Notes under the pieces: generated by a model | What the model saw: the letters and a program-made list of their open reading frames with translations, nothing else | Told to the model about the DNA's origin: nothing | Databases searched by the model: none | Assembly: GCF_036321535.1 (NCBI RefSeq) | Contig: NC_087437.1 | Coordinates: forward strand, 107,882,001-107,946,000 | Origin: Camelus dromedarius | Lineage: Eukaryota | Length of the DNA stretch: 64,000 bases | Direction: 5' to 3' | Program-made: the position numbers and the translations under genes | Shown here: positions 51,521 through 64,000 of the stretch, in pieces | Numbering within the stretch: the first letter of the stretch is position 1 | Layout of the letters: each line of letters starts with the position of its first letter

Positions 51521-54500
51521 GTCAAAATAAAGTTAAGTTTACTTTGAAGTCAGTCTTGAAATCACCTACATTAGCAACCCTTAATTTCAGTGGACTTTAC
51601 AGCTTCAAAATATCCTCAATTTTGTTTAAAACTTCTTTACAAATGTAAAGTATCTGTCATTCTGTCATTAAATGCATCTGCTTAAAGGGTGAACACTACC
51701 TTTTCTAGATGCAAAAAAGTAAAAAAAGCCCAAAGAATCTTAAGATTATGTCAAAAAGGAAAATTCAGAAAGAAGAGCTGAAAACTAAAGACAAACTTTA
51801 AACTTTTCACATGTTTGGCTAAAGTTTACTGTAGAGTCATTGATGATCTGAACCAAGAATTTCCTTTGAAAGATGATAAAGTGGAGAGACATTGGGGAGA
51901 AAAGATGACCAAGATCTTACATGTTAGCATAGCTCAGACCAAAACCAGACCTCCTAATTTATTTTTCTCAACAGCCTTCTGTCTTCAGTTCAATTAGGAG
52001 TAACACGTGTTTTTCTGGGTGCTTAATTTATTTACCCCTCTACCCCTCACTCCATGTAACTGTTAACGTCTCTTCTCCATTAGTTAAATAAAACAACAGA
52101 TTTATCTCTAACATTAATACTTTGATTTATAGACTATCTTCATTCCTCATGTGATTTCATGTAGGGTTTATATCCTTAAAAATGATTATAATTAAAATTC
52201 CTTTCTTCATTTTTTGAATGGTGTATAATAAATGAGCAGGAGATAAGGACTAGAAGCAAAACTGTCTTTTTTATCCTTTTAACTTCACAATGATATAAGG
52301 TTTTATGGTGCCTTTTACTTTCTCCTGTCCTCTTCACCCCCAAACGTTATTTAACTGAACTATTTTTTTATGTCTTTTCTAATAAGAGGTTATTTATAAT
52401 GTCAACACCTGTGTATTTATACTACAGGTTAAATCAGAACTTAAGGTTAACTTGGAGCACTTCCTGTCACCTTAGTGGTGGGGTGCCTTTAAGTCAACTT
52501 CTACTCTACATTCAAACTCTACATACTGGGTAGTAACTAATGATTTATTTCTGTGTCCCAAGTCCCAGAGGGAGTCTGGAGAACAGTGGAGCTGTTGTTC
52601 CTGACATCAGTGGTTTTGGCAATTATAGCCTGAGAGAGAGAAATGGTCACAAGTTGAAAACACAGTCCATTTACACTTTTAAATACAGTCACAACAAAAT
52701 AATTCACCTATTAATAATAAAGTGGGTTTAAATTTAAAATTATTTTCATAGCTTGATCTTGATACTGGTATTTTCTAAAGGATGGTTTTCCACATAATTC
52801 ACTTAAGTGTTTTCTTTTAAACCATGCTAAAAATACTTTATTAATTAATTTGTGTATTTTCTCAATGAACCTAAAGAACTTCTCTTAAAAAATGGAGATT
52901 GATGACTACTTTGTATTGGTGAATATATAGTTTCCATGTTTAAAATATAATTTCAAAGACTACATGGGGAAATTAGATTAAAACTTGACATTAAAAGAAT
53001 AGTTAAATAAAATTCTTTCAAATTTGTTTTCTGGTTAATTTTAAAATAATATTTATAAAATGAAGCTAAACTATGGTTTTTGCTTCACTATATAAGCTTG
53101 CCCTTGGCCTAGAAACTAGTAAACGCTAGTGAAATATAAAAATCATGTCTTGTTCTCTTGAGTTAGCCTTGGCCTCAAGGCAGTGGTTTGCATAAGTAGT
53201 TGGAAGTGTACACTTTTTCCCCTAAATTTGAGGTCACTTTTCATCCCAACTAACTAAATTTAATGCACAAACCTGTATTTAACTGTTACTACCTAAATAT
53301 ATGGCAGAGTTTTCAATCATCGAACACTAAATATTAACTTCCCAAATAATTAGCCTTACCACCACAGCTAAAAGCCAGAAAGAATAAAAACAGGTTTCTA
53401 CTTAAGATATTTTAATCAATTTCCAGTAATATCTTTGAGAGAACCTGGATTTTGACAGTTACTGGATACTATGTTCCATATTTAACTGAAAAACTTAATA
53501 TGAATTGACAAACATATGTAAAATCCATATAGAACTAACAAGAAAATTATGATAATTTAATACCTTAATGGATACTTTAAGATAATTTTCTTTCACTGAA
53601 ATACTAGGTGTAGAAAAGTCTGCTCTAGGACCAAAGAAAAGAATAGGTGGTTCTATGATTTATTCTAGTCCTGCAGTAAATTGAAGAGATAATCCTCTAT
53701 TCAACCCTGGACCTGTGTGGGGCCAACAGAGTTCTTTTAAGTTAGGTTGACTTATTTCAAATAAATTAATCCTGCATGGATACAATCTATACATGCACGA
53801 TTTGTGAACTTTTTACTGATACTAGACAGTAGAACAGAGTAGTACATTATAAGCCACCTGTCCAATGCCAGAGTCAATGCCAATGACTTCACTGAAGAAC
53901 TTGTCTGACCCAGTGACTGAAACTAGAATTAGCTCTGAACCATCTGAGATGGTAGGATGTTCCTGTGTGATTGCTGCATTTGTGTTTTGGGGGATGGGCT
54001 GCTGTGTCTCATGGTGGATTATGAGACTTACTGCTTGTTCTGTAAGATACAGAACACAGCAGAATACAAATTATACGGTGAGAAGAACCATTATTTCAAG
54101 TGTAATTTGTGCCATCAGCAAGCTAAATTAAATGTTGATGAACCAATTGTTGAAGGGAAGAAACTGTATAAACTAATTATGTCTTGAAATGTGGGATTTA
54201 ACCCACTGATACATCTCTAATATTTATCTGTCCAAACACTTGTGTTTGTTAATGCATCTTCTTGTCTTTAATTTGTAATCTTATTCAGTGAGTATCTGAT
54301 TTTCAGAAATTCTATTATTAATCTATTCATTATTTCTGCTCTTATAAAAAGCCTAGAGTTTTCATTAATAATCATTGAACAAAAACTTATTGAAAACTTA
54401 CCATATTTCAAACCCAGTTCAAAGGAAATTCAAAATGAACAAAATAGACTAGCAAAGAATACATTGGGCATCTGGTAACATGGAGGCTCCCAGGTCTCAC

Positions 54501-56474
54501 TGTGGTAAAATAAAAACACCATCTCTTTAGAAACAACAGGCTTCCAGTAGGGGTTAGGAAATTTTTCTAGTAACCCCCTTCTCCTTTTCTACCTATACTT
54601 TTAAATTCACATAATGACCAAGAATATCAGATACTGAAACTTGGCTTCATAAAAAAATAGCATTTGTAAAGAAATTTTATAAAGCCTTTATTAAAATTAA
54701 GCAGTGAGCACAACCTGAACAGTTCAACTTAGAAATTAATAGACAGATATGTTTCTGTGCCTCAGTAACAGATGTCTCCAGCTAACTTGACATGACGTGT
54801 ACTTTGAGTTACTGCAACGTTGGAGACTCCATCTTTTAAAGATTATTCTACATTGGCACCTTCATATTAACTTGGCATTGCTCCCCTAAATGTCCTTGGC
54901 TCAGAAGTGTTTTACAATAAACTTCTAAGCCAATGCAGGCAGAATCTTGGCTTTTATAGGACTTGTCTCTGCCCACTTCAGGATATGTGTTATAATAAGC
55001 AGACACAATGTTTTTTCTTTATTAATAATTTAACATATTCTTTCATGTTAACTAAACCTCAAATTCTTGATTCAACTTTTTTTCTAGAATAAACACAAGA
55101 CTGTTTAAACTTTTTTTTTAATGTACCTGAGAAGTTGCCTTGTCTTTAAAAGCATAAGGAAAAAAAAGAAAGAGGGAACAAGAGAAGAACTAGGTAAAAA
55201 TGATTAAAATTAAAAGTATTGAAACTAAATAGCCTAGCTTTTGGTAATTCTCTGCCAGTAATTACAGGGGAAAAAAAAAACACCTCCCTCTTCTAGCAGC
55301 ATATGTCATTATAATTTTATGTAGTATATATTCCATGAGATTTTTCCTTAGTCATGGTAGCAAGGAGAAAAGTTAATGTTAAATGGTTAAACTTTCAGCA
55401 TTCTACTTTGGCAAAATATATAGACATTATTTATCCCAAACTAGGTTAAAGTGAAAATGACAGTTCTTAGGAGTCAACATGTGATCTATACAGACATTCA
55501 AAAGAATCTAATCTACTTAATTCAGTTCTTTATTTAGTACATTGACAAAAGCATTTTAAGTTTCTACACAAGAGTGTTTTATTTTACATTGCAAGCTCAT
55601 TTTCAGTATGAATTCGTCATTTTTATATAAAAAGTAGGCTTTGAAGTCACAGGGATGAGGAAGGATTCTTACAGTCCTATCTGGTAACTGACATGGGTAT
55701 CTAAGGGAATCGTTGCCAGTAGCAGATAAAAACACTCATTCATTTAATACGTCCATGACTCTGCCTCATTGGAACTAGAAGGTGGCCCAGATCTAGCTGG
55801 GAGTCAGAAGCAAGTGGTTCATGATATGCTTCATTTGGGGATGGAAAGAGGAGCACTGTAGAGTTAATGCAGTGTACCGAGGTTGTCCAAGCCCTGCACA
55901 TTCTAAGGGTCTTCAGGACTGGCCCTTCACATAAAAAGTATATTAACCTGGGGATCTTGAGAGGCATGGCCCTAGCGGGCCCATTTGTTAAGCCACTGTG
56001 ACTTCTATTGCAGTAACCACTAAGCAATGTCGTCTTGAGTAAGCTGTTTGATCTCTTGGATCATTTTATCTCATCTAAAAAGGTATATTTTACACAAACT
56101 CAGAGACACATAGACATACAAATATTACATATATGTATTATATATGCATATGAATCTTGCAATGATATGCCAAAGTTCAATTTTAATGTAAAGGGTCTAG
56201 CTCAGTAATTAGCTCTTTAGTGGTAGATGTGACAATGCTGATTATGATGATCCCATGAATATAAGGGACTGAAGGAGGACGTTAGGACACAAATAGAGAT
56301 TACTTCTGTGCAAAGAGATAGGTGGAGAACAAAGAGAAAAATGTAAGAAAGATCAAGGAATAGAATTTTAAGAAGGAAGAGTAGTTGTATCTCATAAAAC
56401 AGGAAAAAAAAAAAAAAGAAAATTACCAATGGATTTAACAAGCAGGACACTGGAGGCATTTTTAAAGAATTTGT

Positions 56475-57627
56475 CATATATCCTGTCCCCACATATGCAT
56501 AGCCTCAACCATTATCAACATCCTGTGCCACAGTGGTACCTCTGTTACAACTGATTTACCTACATTGACATATCATTATCATCCAAAGTCCATACTTCAC
56601 CTTAGGCTATTTCATGGTGTTGTACAGCTTACAGATTTGGACAAACGTATAATGACATGAATCCATCATTATAGCATCATACAGATTATTTTCACTGTCC
56701 TAAAAATCCTCTGTTTCCCAAATATTTATCTCTTTCTCTCCCCCTGACTCTTGGCAACCATTAATCTTTTTACCATCTTCATAGCTTTGCCTTTTATAAA
56801 AAGGCATCTAGTTAGAATCATAGTATATAACCTTTTCAGATTAGCTTCTTTCACTTAATATGCATTTCAGATCCCTCCGTGTCTTTTCATGGTTTGATAG
56901 TTCATTTCTTTTCAACAGTGAAAAATATTTCATTGTCTTGCTCTATCACAGTTTACTTATGCATCATCTACTAAAGGACATCACAGTTGCTTCTAAGTTT
57001 TAGCAGTTATGAATAAACCTGTGTGCAGGTTTTTACATAGACGCCAGTTTTCAGCACCTTTGGGTAAACACCAAGCAGCCTGATTTCTGGGTCACGTGTA
57101 GTAACAGTATGTTTGGTTTTGTAATAAGTCACCACAGGGCTTCCCAAATAACTGTACCATTTTTTATCCCCATTAACAATAAATGAGAGTTCTTGTTATT
57201 CTGCATCCTGGCCAGAATTTGGTGTTGTCAGGGTTCCACATTGTGGCCATTCTAATAGATGTGTACTGGAATATTGTTGTTTTAATTTGAATTTCCTTGA
57301 TGACGTACGATGTGGAACATCTTTTCATATGCCTATTTGCCATCTGTGTATCTTCTTTGGCGAGGTTTCTGTTAAAGTCTTTGACTCATTTTCTAATCAG
57401 GTTGTTTCTTTTTTTGTTGTTGAATTTAAGAGTTCTTTGTATATTTCAAATAACTTCTTTTATCAGATGTGTCTTTTGCAAGTACTTTATCTCAGTCTGT
57501 GGCTTGGCTTGGCTTGGCTTCTAGTTCTCTTAATATTTTCTTTCATGGAACAGAAGTTTTTAATTTTAGTGAAGTCCAGTTTATCAATTATTTCTGTCAT
57601 GAATTCTGTCTTTGGTGCTGTTTCTGT
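56475..57627 (-). mobile_element. L1MC1/2-like 3' UTR and ORF2 end
   Basis: ccattatcaacatcc...cagtggtac...cctacattgacatatcattatcatccaaagtccata...atgtggaacatcttttcatatgcctatttgccatctgt. Confidence 0.92.
57501..57520. repeat. (GGCTT)4 within the L1
   Basis: Direct read. Confidence 0.9.
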
Positions 57628-57629
57628 AT

Positions 57630-58580
57630 AAGTATTTTTATTTATCACAGTCAATCTTTGAATAATTTTTATGTTACTTCAAATATTGTTTAGAAACATT
57701 GCAACTCTATACTTCCATTTTTCTCTACAGTTCTTACTACAGTCCTTCATCTTATTGTCATATATTATTCTTTTACGTATTATAAACATCACAATATACT
57801 ATTATTTTTGTTTTAACAGTGGATTACCTTTTAGCATTATTTAAAACATGAGAAACATGTCTTTTGTATTTTTTACCCCTAACATTCATTATTTCTTTGT
57901 GAAGACCTACACTTTTATCTCATGTCCATTTCTTTTTATCTGTCATTTCTTACAGTGATGAGATCTGCCAGCTTTTCATTGTTGAAAATGGCTTTATTTG
58001 CCTTTGCTTAATTTTTTTCATTAGATTTTTAAAATTTTTAACTTGAATGAATTTCTAGATTAACTTGTTTGTTTTGTTTTGAGTACTAAAATTGCCCTAT
58101 TGTTTAAAGACATGAGTGTTCGTCATGAGAAGTATTTATTATAGTAAATCCTTTGTCAAAATGTATTTGTCTCTTTTTCTGGCTATATCTGAGTTTTCTC
58201 TTTATAACTAGGTTTCTTCAATTTGGTTATTATATTGATTCTACTATTGATCGTTATCTGTTCGAGTTCACCATTATTCTCTTCTGCAGTGTCTGATCAC
58301 CTTCAATATTGTCCAGTCTATTTTTCTTTTCAGATATCATACGTTTCCTCTTTAAGCATAACAGTTGAATGTTTTTTATATTTTTCAATTCCCTCCTCAT
58401 CATACTTATGCTTTCCTTTATATACTTGAGTACTTTATAGTATACATAACAGTTGACAAAATAAAATTTCTATTAATATGGATTGGCTATGCATGTGAAG
58501 GCTCTCAGATTTTGCTTCGTTTTAGTTGGGATATCACAGTATTTGGCAGGTTAGCTTCACATTTTATGGTTTAGAGCTAT
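57630..58580 (-). mobile_element. Older L1M upstream fragments
   Basis: T-rich; tcttcgagttca-like ccattattctcttctgcagtgtctgatc and ttgttgaaaatggctttattt motifs. Confidence 0.5.
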
Positions 58581-61459
58581 AATCCTCTCTCTAAAGATGT
58601 TTATTTTCTCTATTTTTCTTACTGTGTTTTGTTCTCAGTTTTAATACAGGAGAAAGAAGCAAAATGTTTTTAGTCCTTTTAGTAATGAATTGCCTTTGAT
58701 TTTCTTGTTAATAATACAGTTAATAAGCCAGTCAATGAATCTAAAAATTCTTGTTAAGAACTTACTATAATTTAGCAACATAGAAGTGATACAAAAGGAA
58801 AAAAGTTGTATCAGGCATTAAATTTGACCAAAGAGTTTACAAGTGAGTTGAGAAACAAAGAGAAAATTTGAAAGATTATGATTATCACAGAGTAGAAGGT
58901 ACTTCCATGGAATTAACTGTAAAGGCTGTTGCTCTTCAAAGGCTAAGATAGAACAAGGATTGTTTGTGGATTAAAGCCAGGTTTCAAGAAGTCACTGGGT
59001 TAAGTTAACTGGGTTAGGATCTGGACTTAGAAGTTGAGTAATATGATCTATACATTACAGAAAACACCAGAATAGTCACTATCCCACAATTTAGGGGGAA
59101 AAAAATCAAAATGTAAAATTGTTTTTGTCTCATAATAATCTAACAGTTGTCATTTAGCTCCTAATATAACATGGAATTTCATAGACTACTATTCTTCAAT
59201 AGAACTTCATCAAAATTTTATCTTCAGTAAATTCAATTTTCTCATTTTTATAAAAGTTGCCCACAGTGCTGAGAGAATAAGAAAGCCGCTTCTAGATGAT
59301 CCTTGGTCATGTGTCCCTTTATTCTTAAACCTTATCTTTCTTTAGAGAATAAGTTTTACTGTCATATTATGACATGTGGAGTATCATCCATTTGAACTTA
59401 CTTGCATCCTTTTTTTATTAGAAGGCAATGAATCTCACAATATTGCTGAATTTTAAAGCATAGTTTAAATTTGATGGTCTTAATATGGATTTGTACAATG
59501 TTCTGTTTCACTTTTTGATGTTCTGTTATTATTTGGGAGGTGAGAAAGTTACCTTACATGTAGTTTTAGCATACTCTAGAATGTAGTCGAAGTCAAAGAA
59601 AGTTGGTACATGTGCATATTTCTCCTTTGTTTTAGACTGCACACATATATTTTTAAATCAAAGATTGTGTGGTCCCTTGATGCAGGTTCATTTCTTCCTA
59701 GTTGGTAATTTTCATGCAGAAAGAATAGAAAAGTAGATAAAACTAATGACTAATGGTAAGTATCAAGATAGATTAAAGAGACATATAATTGACAATTGAC
59801 AAATGGGATGAACTTTCAAATTTATACTCTCTTGGTTGTTTTGTCACCTAAAAATTATTTACTATAGTTTGACTGATTATAATTTTCCTTTCAATTATGT
59901 TTCCATTTAGCAGTTGCATAAAATTGAAGAACAATTACATCACAATTGAAATTATTTGTAATGCTATTCACTATAGAGCAAACCTATCACCCCAAGTTCA
60001 CCCTATATCCAAGGAAGGTAGTTACTCTAAGATGGATTCAGGTAAGTAACTAATGCATGGGTTCAAGGAAGGAAGTAGGGAGTGATGCTTCACTAATTTT
60101 ATTTTCTGGTAGATGCTGGAACAAAGCATTCATATTACTAGATACATACCAAGCATAAATGTTTTGGCGTGTGTTCAATATGGGCACAGGCAAAAGTCCT
60201 TCTATCTACATCAAATAATTACAGTTTAATTATTAACTGAAAATAATGCATTTCATAGCAAAGACTGTTAGTGAGAAGTTCCAGCTTCTAGGCAATTAAT
60301 TAGACATTAAAAAATGTTGGGGGATTCTAGGTTTATATCTCAGCCATGGAAATATTTAACAATTTTTTTTTTTTTTTGAGCTAGCCAAGTGTTCCAATAC
60401 AGTGAGCAATCTTTAGGAACCTTATCTTCACAACATTGGAGAATCTCAGTCTGGTTCTCCGTACTCTAAATTCATCCTCTAACCCCTCAACCTCACCAGG
60501 AATTTTGAGAATACAATTTTCCTAAACAGCAATATCACTAACAACAAAGCTTCTGAAGTGAAAGAGAATGTTAAATTTGGCACAGAGTGGCTTATCACCT
60601 GGACAAATCTTAGCCTTTCCTGGTCTCTAATGTGCATACATTCATGTGACAATTTTGAATATGGAGATGTTGGCACAATTGTCAGGAAATGATGTGTGGA
60701 AGGATAATTTGACATGGAAGTTTTTTATGAGACATTTTTTTAGATCCTGTTTCTAAAAGTTAAACACTGAGGTAGAATGAGATTCTTTTATTATTAAAAG
60801 ATCTTTACCAATAACAAAAGGGATTATAGAGTGTTAGCTGCCATGATTAGAAGAGACCTGTATGCTGATTACTCACTGCATATTCAGCAGCTCAATTATG
60901 CTACTATGAAGAACTTAGCACCATACGAGCTTTCCCAAAATTGTATAAGGAATAGGGAATTTATGCAGGTCCACCAATAAAGCTACTGCGTAACTTCCTT
61001 AGCTATAAATTAAGATAGAGCACAAGACAGAATTAAATTGTGATTGAGAATACAGAAAAAGTAAGTGATAAATCCAGGTGTACTTTGGGATTTTATGTAT
61101 TTAAAATTATTCAAGTTGGGTATCATATTTCTAAACTAGCTGCCTTTTATCATCCTTAAACAAAATTATCCTTGTTGCTATAACATACCATGGACCTTAC
61201 CTAGATGAGAAGGTGCTCAGTGTTCCAGAGTTTGCCCTCAGGAATTTGATGGAGGCTCATATGAAACCAGTGTTCTTTTAGCAACGTGACCAGCAGGTAT
61301 GTAGTCTCTTGTTATGGTTCTAGTTCAACTGCTAGGAGTTGCTTATCTTTTCGAGATTTTTCTTAGAGATCACTGGAAGAAATCTTGTGACTGACTCCCA
61401 AATTGCTTAAGATCAAATAATATAAAATTTGGTGAGAATTTAAAGAAAGTATGCATGTG

Positions 61460-61710
61460 TGGAAATTTAAGATTTCCTGCTCTGAAGTCAGGCTGTCAGA
61501 ATTCAGATCTTAGTCCCCTTTTCTTCCTATGGCTAGCTCTGCAATTAATTTCTCCTTGTATTTCTTTCCTCATCTGTAAAATAAGAATGATAGAAATAGT
61601 ACCCACATAATTTGGCAATTTGAGGTTAATTCAATTAACAGACCTAATTGATTTGCCTCAGAACTTGGCACAAAGCAAGTGCCTGGTAGGCATTAATATT
61701 AAGTTATTTT
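61460..61710 (+). mobile_element. MIR
   Basis: gctctgaagtcaggct...tttcctcatctgtaaaataagaatgatagaaatagtaccc...ttggcacaaagcaagtgc. Confidence 0.8.
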
Positions 61711-62392
61711 ATTTTGCGTGATGGGGCAGCAAATAGTTATTGCATGGTTAATCTTAAATAAGGAACATTAATAATAATTAAGAAAGTATACTTTTTGAAT
61801 AAGTCTATTAGGAATATGAAGCCTCAATCTAATTATGTTTCTGAGTTTGAGACCCATGAATGTATACATATTTTAAAATATATTATTATATAGTCGAGGA
61901 GGGAATCCTAGCCATTCTGACAATAACTAGTCCATTAGTAAAAACTAGTGATTGAATACATTCTAAAAAATTAACACAGGTTTTGAAATCTAGCTGTTGT
62001 TATTCAACTTTTTTTTATTGTTTAATTATCAAAAAAAAAAAAAGACACATAAAACAACCAAAAATATATAAAGTTAAGGAAACACTAAGATTGCTCACCT
62101 ACTCCTTTAACCACTCTTCAAACTTACGGTTTTATACTTGATTCAATGAGATAAATTGTGTTGAAATTGATAGAGCAGTGTCTGACATCTGGTAGATCCT
62201 CCAGAATGATCACCTCTATTTCTAAGATGTAGGATTAAGATCAGTAGCATCTTGGTACCACTAAGCTACTGTACTTGCTCCTGTTCTAGAGAGTAGAGAA
62301 ACCCCTTTAGTTGCTAGTTTTATTTTCCCCATTGTTTTTACATATCAAAGATAATTTCCATCCACTATGTGGATTCCTACAGGTTAGGTGAA

Positions 62393-62600
62393 ACATGGCA
62401 GAGCGTAATGGTTGGGAGGGAGCATTCAGGAACCAAGCCATCTGAATCCATCAGGATGGAGATTTACTGGCTCTGAGAGGGTAGGCCAGTTAGCTACCTT
62501 TTTGAGCATTCACTTGTGAGGATCAGAAGGGTTAATACAGAAAGTATCTAATACAGTTCCTGGATCCAATAATTATTAGTGCTTGTCACTATTTTGTCAT
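62393..62600 (+). mobile_element. MIR (degenerate)
   Basis: cgtaatggtt...ttgtgaggat...gttaataca...aatacagttcctgg. Confidence 0.55.
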
Positions 62601-64000
62601 CATCATCCTCATCATTAACTGCTTTTCTGGACAAAGCAAAGCAGAAGGACGGAAAGACTAATATTTTACCTCTCAGGAATAAAGAATTGCCATAGCTAAG
62701 GAGCATTAACTCTGAAACTTCCGTACTCAAAAATTTTTGCTTTATCTCTTTTTGCCCATATTTTCTTTGTTATTTAGTTGATTTTTTTTTTCCTTTACTC
62801 GGGGATTTTTGTTGTTGGATGGTGGCTCTGCTAGGCTGGTCAAGGTTCATACCACAGGCAGTGGATGTTACCCAGATGGCTCCTTTTTAAAATAAATCGA
62901 ATTCATGGTTGAGGTTGATATGAGGGCTTCTGTCCGTTGGCAAATGCCATTGTAGCCACAGGCCTCTTATTAAAGCTGGGAAGAAAAATAGTGATTACTA
63001 GTGTTTGTGGCCAAATTTTGTTCATGCCTGCCCATTGGGTTTGTTTGGATACCAGGAAATTACGGACTGTATGATTTGATTTAGGATAAGATATGAGACT
63101 TTTGGAGCCATTCTTTAGCAAAGATTGTGCTGTAAAAGAATATTGGAAAGTACCCCTTTGACCAAGTCAGTGAAATTACCTTAGTCATGAGAATTCTAAG
63201 TGAGTTTTCTGACCTTCAGACACAGACACAGTGCCAAAAAATATCAGCAGGGGATTGAGGATTGATGCTGGTCTGTATTTTAATGAGAGGGTTTCAGTGC
63301 TACATCGTCATCTAACTCAACCCCATCATTTCCAGGCTTTAGACATTCTAGATGCCTGTCTCAGAAAATAGAATTTCCCTCAATATTACTATCAGAAACA
63401 TGTCTTGTCATGTCAGTTCTCTCAGTTCATATTTTTAATTCCTTTTCTTTCTTTTTTTTTTTTTTTTTCTGTTTTTCAAAATATGTTCTTTGGTCGGTTA
63501 CGGCTGGTAATACTCTTAATTGTACCGGCTGCCCAGAGCTCTATTTCGGCGTTATTTCCATGGCAACAAGCGTATGCTGACTATACAGTCCCTCCATCTG
63601 CACCTCCATTCCTGGTACCACGGCTCTTCTTGTGTTAATCCACGCGGCTGACTTTTGTTGTTGTTCTTTATCATCTAGTAAAATAACTACTGTCACCTTG
63701 GAAATTAATTGCAAGGTCAATCTGCTTTAATACACAAAAGACACAGGACACAGGATGTCCTCTCGTGCAAGCCCATCCATGAGAGAAAGGAGAAGCTCAT
63801 CAGTTAACCCAAACATTATTGTCATGTCTGCAGCAATGGGCAGGACATGCAGGCAGCTGTGTGCTCCGGCATGGAAATAGGAGACCATATGCTGAGCCAG
63901 AACCCAGTAGTCCTTTTTCAGGCTGGGTGGCCTTCATTTGCATCATAGAACAGCCATCATCCTCTTCTTTAGGTAAAGGGTAATGTTTTATTTTCAGCCA

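Noticed and set aside
57287..57693. Three overlapping hydrophobic ORFs
   Set aside because: Antisense L1 sequence, the familiar spurious VEHLFICLFAIC-type peptide
63955..63980. Recursive splice-site-like ctcttctttAG|GTAAAG
   Set aside because: Weak donor at the window edge with no supporting context
1..64000. A novel multi-gene, defence or CRISPR-like system
   Set aside because: No regularly spaced repeat-spacer array, no operon-like ORF organisation and no ORF above 177 aa; the DNA is repeat-laden mammalian non-coding sequence

Overview
AT-rich mammalian nuclear DNA, intergenic or deep-intronic. It is most likely from a camelid (alpaca/camel lineage), judged from a Vic-1-like tRNA-Ala-derived SINE at about 35.9 kb and artiodactyl/camelid-type L1 3' ends. 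I find no supportable protein-coding gene, tRNA/rRNA gene, CRISPR array or prokaryotic-type system. The listed ORFs are short, and many fall in repeat relics or low-complexity DNA. The window is a mosaic of old L1, L2, MIR, MaLR/ERVL/ERV1 LTRs and hAT MITEs, with several nested insertions that keep visible target-site duplications (TSDs). The best leads are regulatory: a MER41-like solo LTR with an intact STAT GAS site overlapping a kB-like site, several small non-repeat CpG clusters carrying MRE/Sp1, RFX, CRE, NF-Y or kB motifs, a homeodomain-motif-rich repeat-free block, an ERVL pol fossil and two weak candidate exons. Repeat family names come from recall of consensus sequences, not from a database search. 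Boundaries are approximate (tens of bp) unless a TSD is quoted.
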